Positions 63,882-64,000 of a stretch of DNA of 64,000 nucleotides are shown in pieces; the stretch's first letter is position 1, and every line of letters begins with the position of its first letter. Location of the stretch: contig CAZYLZ010000007.1 of NCBI GenBank assembly GCA_964648335.1, forward strand, positions 1,034 to 65,033, given 5' to 3'. The stretch comes from an uncultured Candidatus Saccharibacteria bacterium (GTDB lineage: Bacteria; Patescibacteriota; Minisyncoccia; Phycocordibacterales; UBA2100). The notes beneath the pieces are model-generated. The model saw only the letters and a program-made list of their open reading frames with translations. It had not been told where the DNA came from and searched no databases. A program made the position numbers and the translations under genes.

Positions 63882-64000
63882 ATGGAGCTCCTTGCACTCG
63901 TCGGAATCGTCTCGGTACTTCTTTTAGTGTACTGGGCCGAGTCCATCAACGGCCGGACCGATGCGCCTAACGGAGTCGCGATGGTCGTGTCGACCCACGT
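63882..64000 (+). CDS. Inorganic phosphate transporter, PiT family (5' fragment; continues beyond the window)
   Basis: MELLALVGIVSVLLLVYWAESINGRTDAPNGVAMVVSTH resembles the PiT N-terminus (..GANDVANAFGTSV). Its start overlaps the DUF47 stop. Confidence 0.55.
   Translation, partial: MELLALVGIVSVLLLVYWAESINGRTDAPNGVAMVVSTH

Noticed and set aside
1-64000. CRISPR arrays, rRNA genes, integrase, transposase or phage structural genes
   Set aside because: - No evenly spaced direct repeats and no rRNA-like conserved stretches.
- No recombinase-like ORF, not even next to tRNA-Cys.
- The DUF360 holin-like protein is a common cellular membrane protein and was not treated as prophage evidence.

Overview
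This 64 kb window is a high-GC (~60%) bacterial chromosomal segment with dense coding and frequent overlapping or closely spaced genes. I support about 70 protein genes, one tRNA-Cys(GCA) and many hairpin terminators. Strong GGAGG-type ribosome-binding sites and a UvrC that lacks the C-terminal HhH domain suggest a small-genome Gram-positive-like or candidate-phyla lineage; this is only a guess.

Housekeeping genes I recognise:
- DNA repair and tRNA modification: uvrB, uvrA, a short uvrC, queA, tgt, a pseudouridine synthase, tyrS.
- Cell envelope: murB, ddl, glmM, and a phospholipid operon (CDP-alcohol phosphatidyltransferase, cdsA, plsC).
- Protein folding and redox: cyclophilin and FKBP prolyl isomerases, membrane-anchored msrB, a TlpA-like thioredoxin with ccdA, three J-domain proteins.
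- Other: partial HlyD-like adaptor, ABC permease+ATPase, rhodanese, HAD hydrolase, Nudix/NrtR-like regulator, DUF47 plus a partial phosphate transporter.
- metK is interrupted by a frameshift and preceded by a SAM-I riboswitch.

The most interesting parts:
- **Low-GC island (~7.2-10.5 kb).** It carries a MazG-like NTP pyrophosphohydrolase, a 671-aa protein fusing a GIY-YIG nuclease, a DUF2075 DEAH-type ATPase and a LexA/UmuD-like S24 self-cleaving peptidase with an intact Cys-Gly cleavage site and Ser/Lys dyad, and a membrane-anchored Mrr-like restriction endonuclease. This looks like a horizontally acquired defence island with a damage-triggered effector not described before.
- **Six-gene operon of unknown function (25966-34184).** It encodes a large coiled-coil protein (TelA/PspA-like in composition only), a classic-clade AAA+ ATPase with a DD Walker B, and membrane proteins.
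- **Signalling-like cassette (35137-38761).** A J-domain fused to a catalytically dead protein-kinase fold sits beside a TerY-like vWA protein and a divergent adenylosuccinate-synthetase homolog.

Smaller observations include a tandem duplication of DjlA-like J-domain genes, an in-frame 30-bp tandem repeat in uvrC, an out-of-frame copy of the uvrB 5' end upstream of the gene, and a long structured uvrA leader.

All coordinates come from reading the sequence and the ORF track. Non-CDS features are accurate to about +/-2 nt.
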